Below are positions 51,880 to 64,000 of a stretch of 64,000 nucleotides of DNA, in pieces; the first letter of the stretch is position 1; every line of letters begins with the position of its first letter. The translations under genes were made by a program, and so were the position numbers. The notes below the pieces were generated by a model. The model made no database searches. It was not told the origin of the DNA and saw only the letters and a program-made list of their open reading frames with translations. The stretch lies in contig MU053513.1 in the NCBI GenBank assembly GCA_013239625.1, positions 3,088,927 to 3,152,926 of the forward strand, given 5' to 3'. This stretch comes from Lama guanicoe. Lineage: Eukaryota.

Positions 51880-52901
51880 GACAACCTATGGAGGAGGGGG
51901 GAAATGATGAGATCGACAAGGGATTAATTTTCAAAATAAACAAACAGCTCATACAGCTTAATACCAAACAAACAACCCAACCAAAAAAAAATGGGCAGAA
52001 GACCTAAATAGACATTTTTCCAAAGAAGACATACAAATAGCCAACAGCCACATGAAAAGATGCTCAATATTGCTAATTATTAGACAAATGCAAATCAAAA
52101 CTACAATGAGGTATCACCTCACACCAGTCAGAATAGCCATCATCAAAAAAGTCTACAAATAATAAATTGCTGAAGAGGGTATGAAGAAAAAGGAACCCTC
52201 CTACACTGTTGGTGGGAATGTAATTTGGTGCAGCCACTAGGCAGAACAGTATGGAGGTTCCTTTAAAAACTAATATATTCAGGGAAAAGATGAAAACTCT
52301 AACTCAAAAAGATACATGTACCACAATTTAGTTCCTGGCAGCACTATTTACAATAGTCAAGACATGGAAACAGCCTAAATGTCCATTGACAGATGAATGG
52401 ATAATAAAGATGTGGTACATATACACAATGGAATATAACTTAGCCATAAAAAAGAATGAAATAATGCCATTTGCAACAACACAGATGGACCTAGAGATTA
52501 TCGTATTAAGTGAAGTAAGTCAGACAGAGAAAGACAAATATTATATGAGATCACTTATATGTGGAATCTAAAAGAAAATTATACAAATGAACTTCTTTAC
52601 AAACTAGAAATAGACTCACAGACATAGAAAATAAACTATGGTTACCAAAGGAGAAAGGGATGGTGGAGGGGAGGGGACAAATTAGGAGTCTGGGATTAAC
52701 ACAAAGACGCTACTGTGTATAAAATAGATAAACATCAAGGACTTACTGTACAGCACAGGGAGCTATATTCAATATATTGCAATACCTATAATGGAAAAAA
52801 TCTGAAAAAGAATATGCATATATGTATATATATAACTGAATGACTTTGCTGTACACTTAAAATTAACATAACATCGTAAATCAACTACACTACAATAAAA
52901 A
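51880..52901 (+). mobile_element. Younger L1 3' end nested in the old L1
   Basis: Well-preserved ORF2 end ([17 protein letters not shown]) and 3' UTR; 12-bp TSD aaaactgctgaa at 51868-51879 and 52902-52913. Confidence 0.92.
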
Positions 52902-53090
52902 AAAACTGCTGAAAAATCACAAAAACATAGAATCAAAGGGGGAAAATAAAGAACAATAATTAGACTCTAATCTATCTTATCAACAGAAACAAGGGAAGCC
53001 AGAAGTAAGTATCTTTCAAATGTTGAAAGAACATAATTGACAGCCTAGAATTCTATGCCCAGAAAAAACATCCTTAAGAATGGTGAAATA

Positions 53091-53190
53091 AAAAGAATAT
53101 GAAAATGAACATATGTATGTATATGCATGACTGGGACAGTGTGCTGTATACCAGAAACTGACACACTGTAATTACTTCAATGAAAAAAAA
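53091..53190 (+). mobile_element. 100-bp L1 3' tail insertion
   Basis: Matches the 41.8-kb L1 terminus; perfect TSD aagaatggtgaaata at 53076-53090 and 53191-53205. Confidence 0.9.
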
Positions 53191-56100
53191 AAGAATGGTG
53201 AAATAAAGACAATTCAGACAAACAAAACTTGAAAGAATTTATCACCAGCTGACCTACAATAAAGGAAATACTAAAGGATATTTGTTCTTCAGGCAAAAAG
53301 TAAGTGATTCCAGACAGAAGATCAGTGATACAAGAATATATGGAGAGCAAAAACTAGAATAAATATATGAGCAAATCAGAATAAATGATTGTGTGAAACA
53401 ATCATGATATTTTGGGCATTTGAAACATACAGAAGTAAAACACACAACAATAATATATAAAATAAGGTTATAAGTCAGAGAGACATAAATAGCATTAAAG
53501 TGCTTTAAGGACTAAATCAAGAATGCATACTAAAATCTCTAACATATCCATCAAAATAATAATTTTAAAAAATGTAGAACTTCCAAGCTAACAGAAAGAA
53601 AAAGTGGAATGATAAACAAATAATCTCAATCCAAAAGAATGGAATTAAAAACAGAAACATTAAACAAGCAGGACGAAAAGAAAGCATTTAATATAATAGT
53701 AAATTTCAACTCAACTATGTATGTAATTACATTAAAAGTAAATGAACTAAATGTTCCAATTAAAAGACAAAAGTAGTCAAATTCAATAGTATGCTGTATA
53801 TACAAGAAACACATTTAAACATATGGATATAGAACTGTGGGAACTGAAAGGACTTTTAAGGCAAATACTAACCAAAAGATAGCTTATATGGCTTTGTTAG
53901 TATCAAACAAAGTAGAATTCATGGCAAAAACTTTTATTAGCTGTATGAGGAATCACTCTGTAACATCAAAAGGTTCAATTCATCAGGAAAATATAATAAC
54001 ACCACATTTCAAATTTCTATCACATAGTTCCAAAATACATAAAGGCAAAATTGACACAAGTACTAGAATAAAAAGGCAAATAATAGTATAAGATTTGAAT
54101 ACACATTTATCAGAAACCTGTAAGACAAATAAGACAAAAGAAGCCAATGAGGATTTAGAAAATTTGAAGAACATAAACAGTAAAGTTGGCCAAATAAGTA
54201 TACAGAATGCTGCATTCATCAACTAGAGAATACACATTTGAAAGCACATAGCAAACATGTACAAAAATGGGCCATTTGCTAAGAAACCAAACAAGTCTCA
54301 ACTCATTTTAAAGTACTGAAATTAGAGTATGTTCCTTGTTCACAGTGCAAGAAAGGTAAAAATCAGTAACAAAATGACAGCTAGAAAACCCACAGTAGAA
54401 GTTAGAAGACACTCTTATCTGAATGATAACGAAATGATTTCATATAAAATTGTGGGATGCAATAAAAATCATACCCAAACTGAAATTTATTTAAATACAT
54501 ATGTTACAGTAGGATTAAAGTTGAGAATCAGTGAATAAAGCATCCCATTTAAGAAATAATTTTAAAAATCAACAAAATTAAAGTAAACAAATTAGAAGAA
54601 AGAAAATGGAAAAAAATAAGAGCTAAAATGAGTTTTAAAAAAAAATACAATACAGAGGATCAATCCAGAGAAGTGACATAAAGATTAATAAAATTGATAA
54701 TCCTTGGAATGACTGGGAAAAACCAATACTAGAAATTTTAAAAGAGGACATCTCTATAGATCATACAGATATTAAATATATAAGAAGATATTATGAACAA
54801 ATTTATGCCAGAAATCTTGAAAATTTAGATGAAAAATGCAGAGTTCTAGAAAACTATCTCACCAAAACTGACACAAAAAGAAACAGAAAACCTTAAGTCT
54901 TAAACTATTAAAAAATTGTAATGCATAATTTAAAACTTTACCACAAAGAAAACACTAGATCCTGAAAACTTCACCAGAGAATTCTACCAGAAATTTAAAG
55001 AAGAAACAATACTTATCATATACAAACATCTCTAGAGAATACAAAAAGGGAAAACATTTCTTAACTCACTTTTAGTGTAATCTTAATAACCAAAGACTGA
55101 CATGGACTTTGTGAGAAAGGGATGTTTGAGGTCTATCTCACTCACTAATGAACAGAGGTAAAAGCTAAAACAAAATATTAGCAAACCAAACACAGCAATG
55201 TATAAAAAGATTAATCCCTCTTGATCCAATCAGGCTTATTCCAGAAACTCATGGTTTATTTAACCTTTTTTAAAAAAATGTCATTCACCACATTAACAGA
55301 ATTAAGGAGGAAATACATACGATTTTAACACATGAAAAATGCTTGGACAAAATTCAATACCCACTGATGATTTAAAACTCTTAGAAAACTAGAAATAGGA
55401 GGAAGATTCCTTAAAATTATATCTTTAAAAAAAAAGACTACTGCAAAACCAACACATATTGATAAAATGTTGAAAGATTTCTCTTTGAATCAACATCTTG
55501 GTTCTAGCCAGTACAATGAGGTTCTCTCTAGTTTGGAGTAATTATGAATAAAGTGCTATAAATATTCATGTACGGCTCTTTCATGGACATGTTTTCACTT
55601 CTCTAGGACAAACATATAGGGGTGAAATTTCTGGGGATTCAATGCAGTCTTAAAAACCACAAATAAAATTCCACTGTGGAATTTGATGAGCCAATTCTAA
55701 AATTCAAAAGGAAATATAAAGGGTTAGAACTAGCCTTAAAGAAGAGCAATAGGTAGAAGGGCTGGCTCTATTAGAAACAAAGACATTATAAAACTTACAA
55801 TAAAAACACTACAGTGTGCTGTTGGTGTAAAAATAGTCAAACAAATCCATGGGATTTAACAAAAGGCTCAGAAATAGACCCGAACATATATGAACACTTG
55901 GTGTGTGACCAATATGCCTCTGCTGAGCAGAAATGGAAAAACAGTCTTTTTAACAAGTGGTGCCAGGAAAGGTGGGTATCAAATGGAGGGAATTCATACT
56001 TCACTTCACATCAAACAGGAAAAAAAAATTCAAAATGGTTTTTAAATCTAAATTTGAAAGGCAAAATAATACAGTCTCTGAAAGTTGATTCACTAATTTA

Positions 56101-58032
56101 AAGAAATTAAGGTAATCAAAGACTCTAAGGTGAGTTTTTAAAAATCATTAACAAATAAGAGTAATAAACTGGGTTAAATCAAATTGTTTTGTTCATCAAA
56201 ACACACCAGTAAAAGAATAGAAAGCCAAGCCAAAAAGTGGGAGATCTCTGCAATACATGTAATTGGAAACTATATTAACGTGTAGTATATATATATACAA
56301 CAAGAATTCCTAACAAATATAAAGGGAAAATACGAGTGACTTAATTTTTAATGGGAAAAGATTAGAACAGGTAGTTCACATAAAAGGATATTCAAATAGC
56401 AAATAAACAGGTGAAAAGATGCTTAACTTTATTCTTACTTGGAAAATGCAAATTAAGACCACAAAGAAATACCACTGAGTAATGATCCAAATGGCAAAAC
56501 TGAAAGTCTGACAGTATGAACTGTTGTCAAGGATATGGAGCAACAGGAACTCCGGTACACTTTTAGTGGGAGAGTAATTTGAAACAATCACTTTGGAAAA
56601 CATTTTGGTATTAACTACTGCCAGGAAAAATTGTGAAAGATTTTGAATAGGGGGAAAAAAAGAATATTGAGTGTCTGGGATAGTGCACCCTTCCATTTTA
56701 TCCTGCTTTTCATTGTCTTTGAGCTATTCTACAACTACTTAAGTTGCAGAACACTGATAATAATACAAATGATTCTTGTCCATACAAATGCAAATGAATT
56801 CTGTCTGGTGGAATGCAACGGATGATTGCATTGTGGATAGACTCATTTTACATCTATTCAAATTCATTTCAGTATCTCTTGCTGCCAATATAACGTGAGT
56901 CTTTCCCTTTGAACCAGTTGTAACATCTCATTGGTTCTCTCATTAATTGCTGAATCAAATGAAATCTTTGACAGATGTTCATTTTATATTTGTATGAGGA
57001 TAATGATTTTACTTTTCAGAAAAATTATCCTTTTACATCACTAAGGCCAATGATACATATAACCTGTGCTCCCAGGCTTCCAACCAACAGAAATACATGC
57101 ATCTGCACTCCAAAAGATGTGTGCAAGAATGTTCACAAAATCACCATTTATAATAGTTAAAAACTAGAAACCTTTCAAATGTCAATGGTCAAATGGATAA
57201 ATAAATTGTAGTATATTTATTCAGATAATAAAGTGAATCAAGTGAATGAAAAACAGCTACTTTCTACAAGAAGGAAGAACCTCAGATATACAATGTTGGG
57301 GAAAAAGAAACCAAAAATAAAACAGTATTTTATTCTATGGCCTCATCTATATGAAGCTCAAAACAGATACAAAACTAAACCTCATGATACAAATATACGC
57401 TTAGGTGACAAAACTTCTGGTAATAATTGTCTACTTTTCTTTATAAAATCAAGACAGTGGTCTTGCGGGGAGTAAGAGAAGGTAGTAAGAGTGCTCTGGA
57501 ACACAGTAACAGTAACAAACATAAATATATTCTCTTTACACCTGACAAATCATTAAGCTATTTAGTTGTTTTATTCACTTTTCTTAATGTGCATTTTTCT
57601 TTCACAATAAAGAAAACATTAAAAAAAAAAACACTTCAGGGAGTGAAAGCTCCAATAGTCAGTCAGAGACAAAAGCCATAGCATTCACTGTATTGTCCAA
57701 CAAGCAAGTTTTCCACATTAATATTCCAAGTCATTAAAGAAATGGCCTTCAGAGACTATTTTCTAATCCCCCAAAGCAGTATAATAAATGCAATAAGCTG
57801 CTGAAAGACAGGAAGCCTAACAGTCCAGTGCCAGGACTGTTTTTTTCTTAAGAGGCTTTGCCAGGTTCACAAACTGAATATTTTCAGCCAGAAGTTAAAG
57901 TTTAAGCTTTATCCTGCTTCTCTGAAAACAGAAAATTAACTGCCATTCAAAAGAAATTAACACCTGCCTCTACCTCATTTCAAGAGAAAATTGCTTCTTT
58001 CCATCTCCTGTATAACTTGATACATGTCTGCA

Positions 58033-58093
58033 TGCGTCAGGTGGTGGTGACAGCCCCTTTGTCATCAGCATAGGTAAACGTTTCCTAGGTAAC
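58033..58093 (-). promoter_or_regulatory. Candidate RFX X-box plus CRE half-site module
   Basis: GTTTCCTAGGTAAC at 58080-58093 (X-box palindrome) and TGCGTCA at 58033-58039, in non-repeat DNA. Confidence 0.5.
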
Positions 58094-58469
58094 CAAGCCC
58101 TCTCCCAGCGGGGCCAGCCCCTCCAGTCTGTCTGAGCTGAGTTCGCAGGCAGAGTTGGCCCTATCCCCACTCATAAGGGGATGAAAAGTTAGAAAATTCA
58201 ACCAACCACCCTCGGCTGTTCGTGTTTTGATTCATTTGTCAGAGGTTAGAAGGGCATGTCTGAGCACACTAAGGCAAAGACTGCACCACGTTTACAAGAC
58301 ATCCAATTTCATTCTGCCTTGAGGGGAGAAAAAGATTGGAGATGGGAGGGTGGGGCAGACAACTGAGAGAAAATAAAGGAAAATATAAACACCTCTTATG
58401 CTCTGTGCCCCCAGTCTTCTAACACTCAGCACTGATATACTAACTCTTTTCTTTCAGGAATAAAAATAA

Positions 58470-58640
58470 TAAAAGTTACCATTTATTGAACAGTTGCTAT
58501 GTGTCAAGCACTTTACATCAAATATCTCATTTAATCTTCTACACAACAGTCCTTACAAGTATTCAGCTCTGTCTTCATTTTCCAAGAGGAAACTGCAGCT
58601 CAGAGAGGTTAAGTGATGGCCCAAGATCACACCTCGTGAG
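58470..58640 (-). mobile_element. MIR SINE
   Basis: ccatttattgaacagttgctatgtgtcaagcac...gctcagagaggttaagtgatggcccaagatcacac. Confidence 0.85.
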
Positions 58641-59159
58641 ATGTCTGACCCACTGCCTGGAGGAAACTGTTATCCTCCCCACCCCCGATTCTGGCAGTGA
58701 ATCACCCAGTCTTTGTAAAAGGCAACTAACTAACCACAATCTCTAGAACTCCTCAGCTTTGAATCGATATAGAAAGTTGCCATGAATAATACAAAACAAA
58801 GTACAAGGAGCAAATTAAATTTCCTACACTGGAGCAACTTACACAATAAACTTTATCTATACAAAGTACATAAACCTTACTTCAAATTGTTCCTGCCAAC
58901 AATCAGTGAAGCAGATTTGATTACTGTGCTCAATTTAGAGACAGGGAAAGAAAGGTTCAAAAATGTCTGCTGCCTGCCCCCAGATCCCAGGGCTGCAAAT
59001 GGTAAAGTGAGGACCCGACTGACCTGAGTCCTAGTGACCTCATGTACTAAAAATGACGACTGAGTGTGCATACACATCACTCAAAGAGGTATGTATATGA
59101 CCAGGGACCACATGGATATTTGTAATTTATGGAGAAGCCCTCAGTAAATGTTGGCTATT

Positions 59160-59520
59160 ATCATCATCATCCCTAATACCCTGGGCTATAAATCCACACC
59201 CCTTAACTTAGCATACAAAGTTCATCAGTATTTGGTCCCTACCTGCCTCTCCAACATCACCTCCAACACTTCAGCCAGGGCCATATACTCACAGTTCACC
59301 CTGACCATTTTCTACCTCACCTCCATGTTTTCATTCTTTCTATTCCTCTGTCTGGAACACTCTCTTACTTTTCTACCTGGATAATTCCCTCGAGCTTCCT
59401 AGATTCCCCTTAACTTTGTCAGCTGCTTTCCTGGGGCCCTTGTGGCCAATGCCTGCCTCTCTGACAGCCCCAAGTCCCCTGTAGTGATGACAGTGTCACT
59501 CTTTCTACAATCTTCAAGCT
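59160..59520 (+). mobile_element. L2 fragment
   Basis: taaatccacaccccttaacttagcatacaaag...tggtccctacctgcctctccaacatcacctcc...ttcctctgtctggaacactct. Confidence 0.65.
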
Positions 59521-60141
59521 CTGATGTCTTGCTGGCCTCTACCTCTTCAAAGAAAGTTCTCAGGAAATGCTGAGAAAGGGAACTCAGGTAGTCTCGGGTT
59601 CTAGGCATAGACCATGGAGGGATAATTTTTGCCAAAGTGATGGAAATCCTCTTCTGTCTTTCTCTATTTCCCTTCACAGTAATCCATGAAAGGCTAAAAA
59701 GCAGCTTCTCATGAAACAGACCATAAAACTGTATGTGGTAATCAAGTGTCGCCAGTCCACAGAGCACTGCATGCAGATAAGCAGTGCTGAGGGACTGCCT
59801 TCCTTTCATATGTACTGGGGCTTTCTTTTTCTTTTTTCTTTTTTTCCCTAGGAAAGTTGTATTAAACAAATATGTTACAACATTTTCATTTTATTCCTGT
59901 TTGTTTGGGGGCTATGATTTTTCACTATGACAAGGATGTACAATTCTTGGCCTATCTTCAAATCTTCCCTACTGCTCTCCTAAAAGTCTAATTGGGAAAT
60001 CGTATGTATCAGACACTCGGCCCAACAAGCAAAGCTCAAATCCAAAGAATTCAACAAAGATGAGTCAAACCACCTGCTTCTAAAGACAGGTCCAAAGGAA
60101 AAGAAGGTGGAAGGACCACACTTTAAGAATATGAGACATGG

Positions 60142-60568
60142 TATTCTAAGTGAAGTAAGCCAGAAAGAGAAAGAAAAATATCACATGAGATCACTCATAT
60201 GTGGAATCTAAAAAAGAAAAGAAAAGAAAGAAAAAAAAGAACAGAAACAGACTCATAGACATAGAATACAAATTTGCGATTGCCAAGGGGGATGGGGGTG
60301 GGAAGGGACAGGCTGGGAGTTCAAAATTTGTAGATACTGACAGGCATATGTAAAATAGATAAGCAAGATTATACTGTACAGCACAGGGAAATATCTACAA
60401 GATTTTGTGGTAGTGCACAGCAAAAAAAAAAAAGACAATGAATATATGTATGTTCACGTATAACTGAAAAATTGTGCTCTACACTGGAATTTGACACAAC
60501 ATTGTAAAATGACTATAACAGTTTAAAAAATGTTTAAAATAAATAAATTTTTTTTAAATTTTGAAAAA
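60142..60568 (+). mobile_element. Young L1 3' end
   Basis: attctaagtgaagtaagccagaaagagaaagaaaaata...; perfect 17-bp TSD aagaatatgagacatgg at 60125-60141 and 60569-60585. Confidence 0.95.
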
Positions 60569-60690
60569 AAGAATATGAGACATGGGAAACTGGAGAATGT
60601 AAATGAAATTGTATAAGCTTAAGGCCAGCAGTCTGGATTTGAATGCCGACTACCTCTTTACCACTGAGTGACCTTGGACAGTCCATCTAG

Positions 60691-60862
60691 GCAGGACCAG
60701 CTACATAATTCGCAAGACCCCATGTAAAATAAAAATGTGGGCCCCTTGTTCAAAAGGATGAAGACTTTTCAGACAGCAACTGCAGAACATTAAAACAAGT
60801 GTAGGCCTTTCTGAGCATGAGGTTGTATGATCACACATGTTGCATGCCATGAAGCTGTCCTT
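60691..60862 (+). mobile_element. MER45A-like hAT transposon inserted in a MIR (MIR parts about 60620-60690, 60863-60955, 61650-61710)
   Basis: caggaccagctacataattcgcaagacccc...gggccccttgttcaaaa...gccatgaagctgtcct; degenerate 8-bp TSD ccatctag/tcatctac. Confidence 0.8.
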
Positions 60863-60964
60863 TCATCTACCCTTTCTGTATCTCAGTTTCCTCCTCCATA
60901 AAATGGACCCAATAATAGCACCCATCTCACAGAGTTGTTGTGAGGATCAAATTGGAAACTCCCA

Positions 60965-61645
60965 AGGAACCATCCTACACTGTTGGTGGGAATGTAGTCC
61001 GGTGCAGGCACTATGGAATACAGTATGGAGATTCCTCAAAAAACTAAAAATAGACTTACCATAGGATCCAGCAAAGCCACTCCTGGGTGCATATCCAGAA
61101 GGGACTCCAATCCAAAAAGATACACGCACCCCAATGTTCATAGCAGTACTATTTACAATAGCCAAGACATGGAAACAACCTAAATGTCCATCGACAGATG
61201 ACTGAATAAAGAAACTGTGGTATATTTATACAATGGAATACTATTCAGCCATTAAAAAGAATAAAATAATGCCTTGTGCAGCAACATGGATGGACCTGGA
61301 GATTGTCATTCTAAGTGAAGTAAGCCAGAAAGAGAAAGAAAAATACCATATGATATCACTCATATGTGGAATCAAAAAAAAAAANNNNNNNNNNNNNNTA
61401 TATTATATATATATAAAATAAACAAGTTCATATAGCATAGCATAGGGAACTGTATTCAATATCTTGTAGTAACTTATGTTGAAAAAGAATATAAAAACAA
61501 ATATATGTATGTTCATGTATGATTGAAGCATTATCCTGTACACAAGAAATTGATACAACATTGTAAACTGACTATACTTCAATTTAAAAAATTAATAAAT
61601 AAAGGGAATACAACCCCCCAAAAAAAAACCCAAAAAACAAAAAAA
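60965..61645 (+). mobile_element. Young L1 3' end spanning an assembly gap
   Basis: cctacactgttggtgggaatgtag...MEYYSAIKKNKIMPCAATWMDLEIVILSEVSQKEKEKYHMISLICGI, then 3' UTR and A-rich tail. Confidence 0.93.
61385..61398. other. Assembly gap (14 N)
   Basis: Directly visible; part of the L1 3' UTR seen in other copies is missing across it. Confidence 1.
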
Positions 61646-62059
61646 CCTCCCATTAAAAAATGCTTATAAGACAATCTGGTACATACCAAAAAATAGTAGC
61701 TTTTGCCATTGTTACTTTTTTGAAAGTCAAGTTATGAAACACAATAACTAAGGCATTAATACTCAATTACAAAACAATTCTTTACCAAGGGATTAACCAC
61801 AAGGTTCTTTAAATAGCAAACTTCTTTACTTAACTCTGATTGAGTTTACGAAAGACTGATGCCTGCAATATTTACTGAAAAAAATTCTATTAGGCAAAAT
61901 AAAGTATCTCTAATCAGAGAAATTAAACCCAAGACAGAAAGATGGATTTCAGACAAAATGGCTCAGGAGATATTTTGATTTAAGGTCCACAGGAATGGAG
62001 AGCTCCCTCTGTTCCTCCCTACCATTCTGACCTGTCTATAGGACAATCTTATGTCGAGG

Positions 62060-62250
62060 CCAGGGCTGGGGTTAAGAGCGTGGGTTTTGGAGTCAGAACT
62101 GTGTTGGATTCTCTAGCCCTAGATTCACTAACTCTTTAACTTCAAGCACTTAATTTCCCTAAAGTCACATTTCCTCATTAACAATTCAAACTCACGGGAA
62201 GATTGCAAAAGAGTCACAGGGCTGTTGAAGCTTTAAGTTACATACACATA
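62060..62250 (+). mobile_element. MIR SINE
   Basis: ggttaagagcgtgggttttggagtcagaactgtgttggattc...tttcctcatt. Confidence 0.75.
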
Positions 62251-63204
62251 TGTGGTGCTCAGCTTGAGGTCTGGAGCTTGGTACTGCTGTATAAAGAGGT
62301 GCCTCAAGGGCAGTCATATGGAACCACACTCCAAGTCAGGCCCAGGAAACAGCAGGCATTTAATGGGCAATGGGCCAGAAGTACCCCACTCATCCAAAAT
62401 TACAGCTTAAGATTACAAGCACTAACTGTTCATCCATAACAGAAAGAACCTGAACGGTGCATTCAATGATCTAAGGGCTCAAAAGGTTGCTTCTAAACTT
62501 AGGATTGCCAACACCTATAGTAATAGCTTTATTTGCCAGTAATATTTTACTTTATTAGTGCTTTCAAACAGATTGATGTATTTGCTTATCTAAATTTTAC
62601 AGACGTTACGGAGGACATAGAAACTGGAGCCAGTACAAGACCCCAGCCCAGCTTCTTGACTTCAAGGAACACATATCTTAAACGTAACTGACTCTACTGA
62701 TAGAAATTCTGGCTGTGTGATCATTAAGGCTACCATATTTTGAACAAGCACTTTCCAAATACAAAGGAAAATGACCAGAGTCAATCCAAGGACACTGAAC
62801 ACTCCAAAAAGTCAACAAGACAGTAAGATATTCTACTCCTCAGCTCAATGGCCCCACTACATTTAGTCTTGCGCTTAAAATATCTTAAAAGTGTTCCATT
62901 ATCCAAAATATTCCAAAGATGTTCTTTGGACAAGGTCAATTCCAAATTGCTTCAGCTACCTAATTTCCCATAAGCTCCAGGCAAACAGAACTACCCACCA
63001 TTCACTGCCAATGTCCTGATTCAGGTCTAGATCCTAAAAGTAACTAGAACAAAGAGGGTACGGCTGAGTACCTTGGAGGTGAAGAGGGAGACAGGAACAG
63101 GTCATACAGACCCATGGAGTCACGATGAAAAGATGATGATTCATTCCAAATGAAAGGGAATCCACTGACCAGCTAGGCAAGGGAATCAGGTCATCTTTAT
63201 GTAA

Positions 63205-64000
63205 GTTCTATTGAGATATAATAAACCGATCGTATTATATTAGTTTCAGGTGTACAACACAATGATTCTATAAATGTATATGATGCAAAATGATCACAAG
63301 TCTAGTTAACATACATCTCCACACAGTTACAATATTTCTCTTATGATGAAAACTTTTAAAATCTACTCTCTTAACAACTTGCAAATATACGATACTGTAT
63401 AATTAACTTCAGTCACCATGATGTAATCAGCCCTATATCTCACTTACTTTATAACTATAAGTTTGTACCTTTTGACCACCTTTTACTCATTTCTCCATCC
63501 TCTACCCTCTGCCTCTAGCAACCACCCATCTGTTCTCTGGATCTATGAGTTCAGTTTTGTTTTGTTTTTTGGATTCCACTTATAAGTAAGATCATATGCT
63601 ATTTGTCTTCTTCTGTCTGGCTTATTTCACTTAGCATGATGTCCTCAAGGTCCATCCATGCTGTTGAAAATGGCAGAATTTCTTTCTTTTTCTGGCTGAA
63701 TAATATTCACGTGTGTGTGTGTATACATATTCTTTATCCATTCATCTGTCAATGGACACTTAGCTTGTTCTCGTGTCTTGGCTATTGTGAATAATGCTGC
63801 AATGAAAATGGGGGTACATGTATCTTTTTGAGTAAGTATTTGCATTTTACATGGATAAATACCCAGAAATGGACTAGTGGATCATATGGTAGTTCTATTT
63901 GTAATTTTTTGAGGAACCTCCATACTGTTTTCCATGGTAACTGTACCAATTTACATTCCCACCAAGAGTCCACAAGGGTTCCCTTTTTCCACATCCTCAC
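63205..64000 (-). mobile_element. L1 3' end, running off the window edge
   Basis: Reverse complement of the L1 ORF2 end and 3' UTR: ctggcttatttcacttagcatgatgtcctcaaggtccatccatg, tttttgaggaacctccatactgttttcca. Confidence 0.93.

Larger units (their letters stand above)
50270..57630 (+). mobile_element. Long, old, fragmented L1 (ORF1, ORF2 and 3' UTR remnants) with nested insertions
   Basis: Colinear L1 motifs: gctgagaactttccaaaactg and cctagaattctatgcccag (ORF1); taattacattaaaagtaaatgaactaaatgttccaattaaaagac (endonuclease start); atattagcaaacc and ttggacaaaattcaataccca (RT); tttttaacaagtggtgc; poly-A at 57621. Confidence 0.88.

Noticed and set aside
41371..61421. Recurring peptide MEYYSAIKKN..WMDLEIVIL at 41.4, 52.4 and 61.2 kb as a gene family
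   Set aside because: It is the L1 ORF2 C-terminus from independent truncated insertions.
1..64000. CRISPR arrays, operons or other prokaryotic systems
   Set aside because: The sequence is mammalian throughout; no repeat-spacer periodicity or gene-dense segment.

Overview
Mammalian non-coding DNA, most likely camelid: there is a tRNA-Ala-derived SINE of the camelid Vic-1 type at 6.55 kb and cetartiodactyl-style L1 3' ends. The window is dominated by transposon relics (L1, L2, MIR, MaLR/ERVL LTRs, hAT and Tigger fragments) and microsatellites, with one 14-N assembly gap. I recognise no intact protein-coding gene; the supplied ORFs are repeat-derived or look like chance. The clearest complex element is a decayed, 5'-truncated class III (ERV-L-like) provirus at about 23.3-27.5 kb. 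It retains RT-connection, RNase H and integrase remnants, an env remnant with an immunosuppressive-domain-like motif, a PPT and a MER74/MER73-like 3' LTR. Other points of interest are a near-perfect 34-bp inverted duplication (17.2 kb), a probable L1 3' transduction carrying a Tigger1 end (41.9 kb), a two-part CTCF site (5.45 kb), an RFX+CRE promoter-like module (58 kb) and several minus-strand exon candidates. The + strand bias of L1s suggests an intron of a minus-strand gene, which I cannot name. Repeat family names come from recalled consensus sequences, boundaries are approximate, and no searches were run. I see no convincing evidence of a wholly new biological system.
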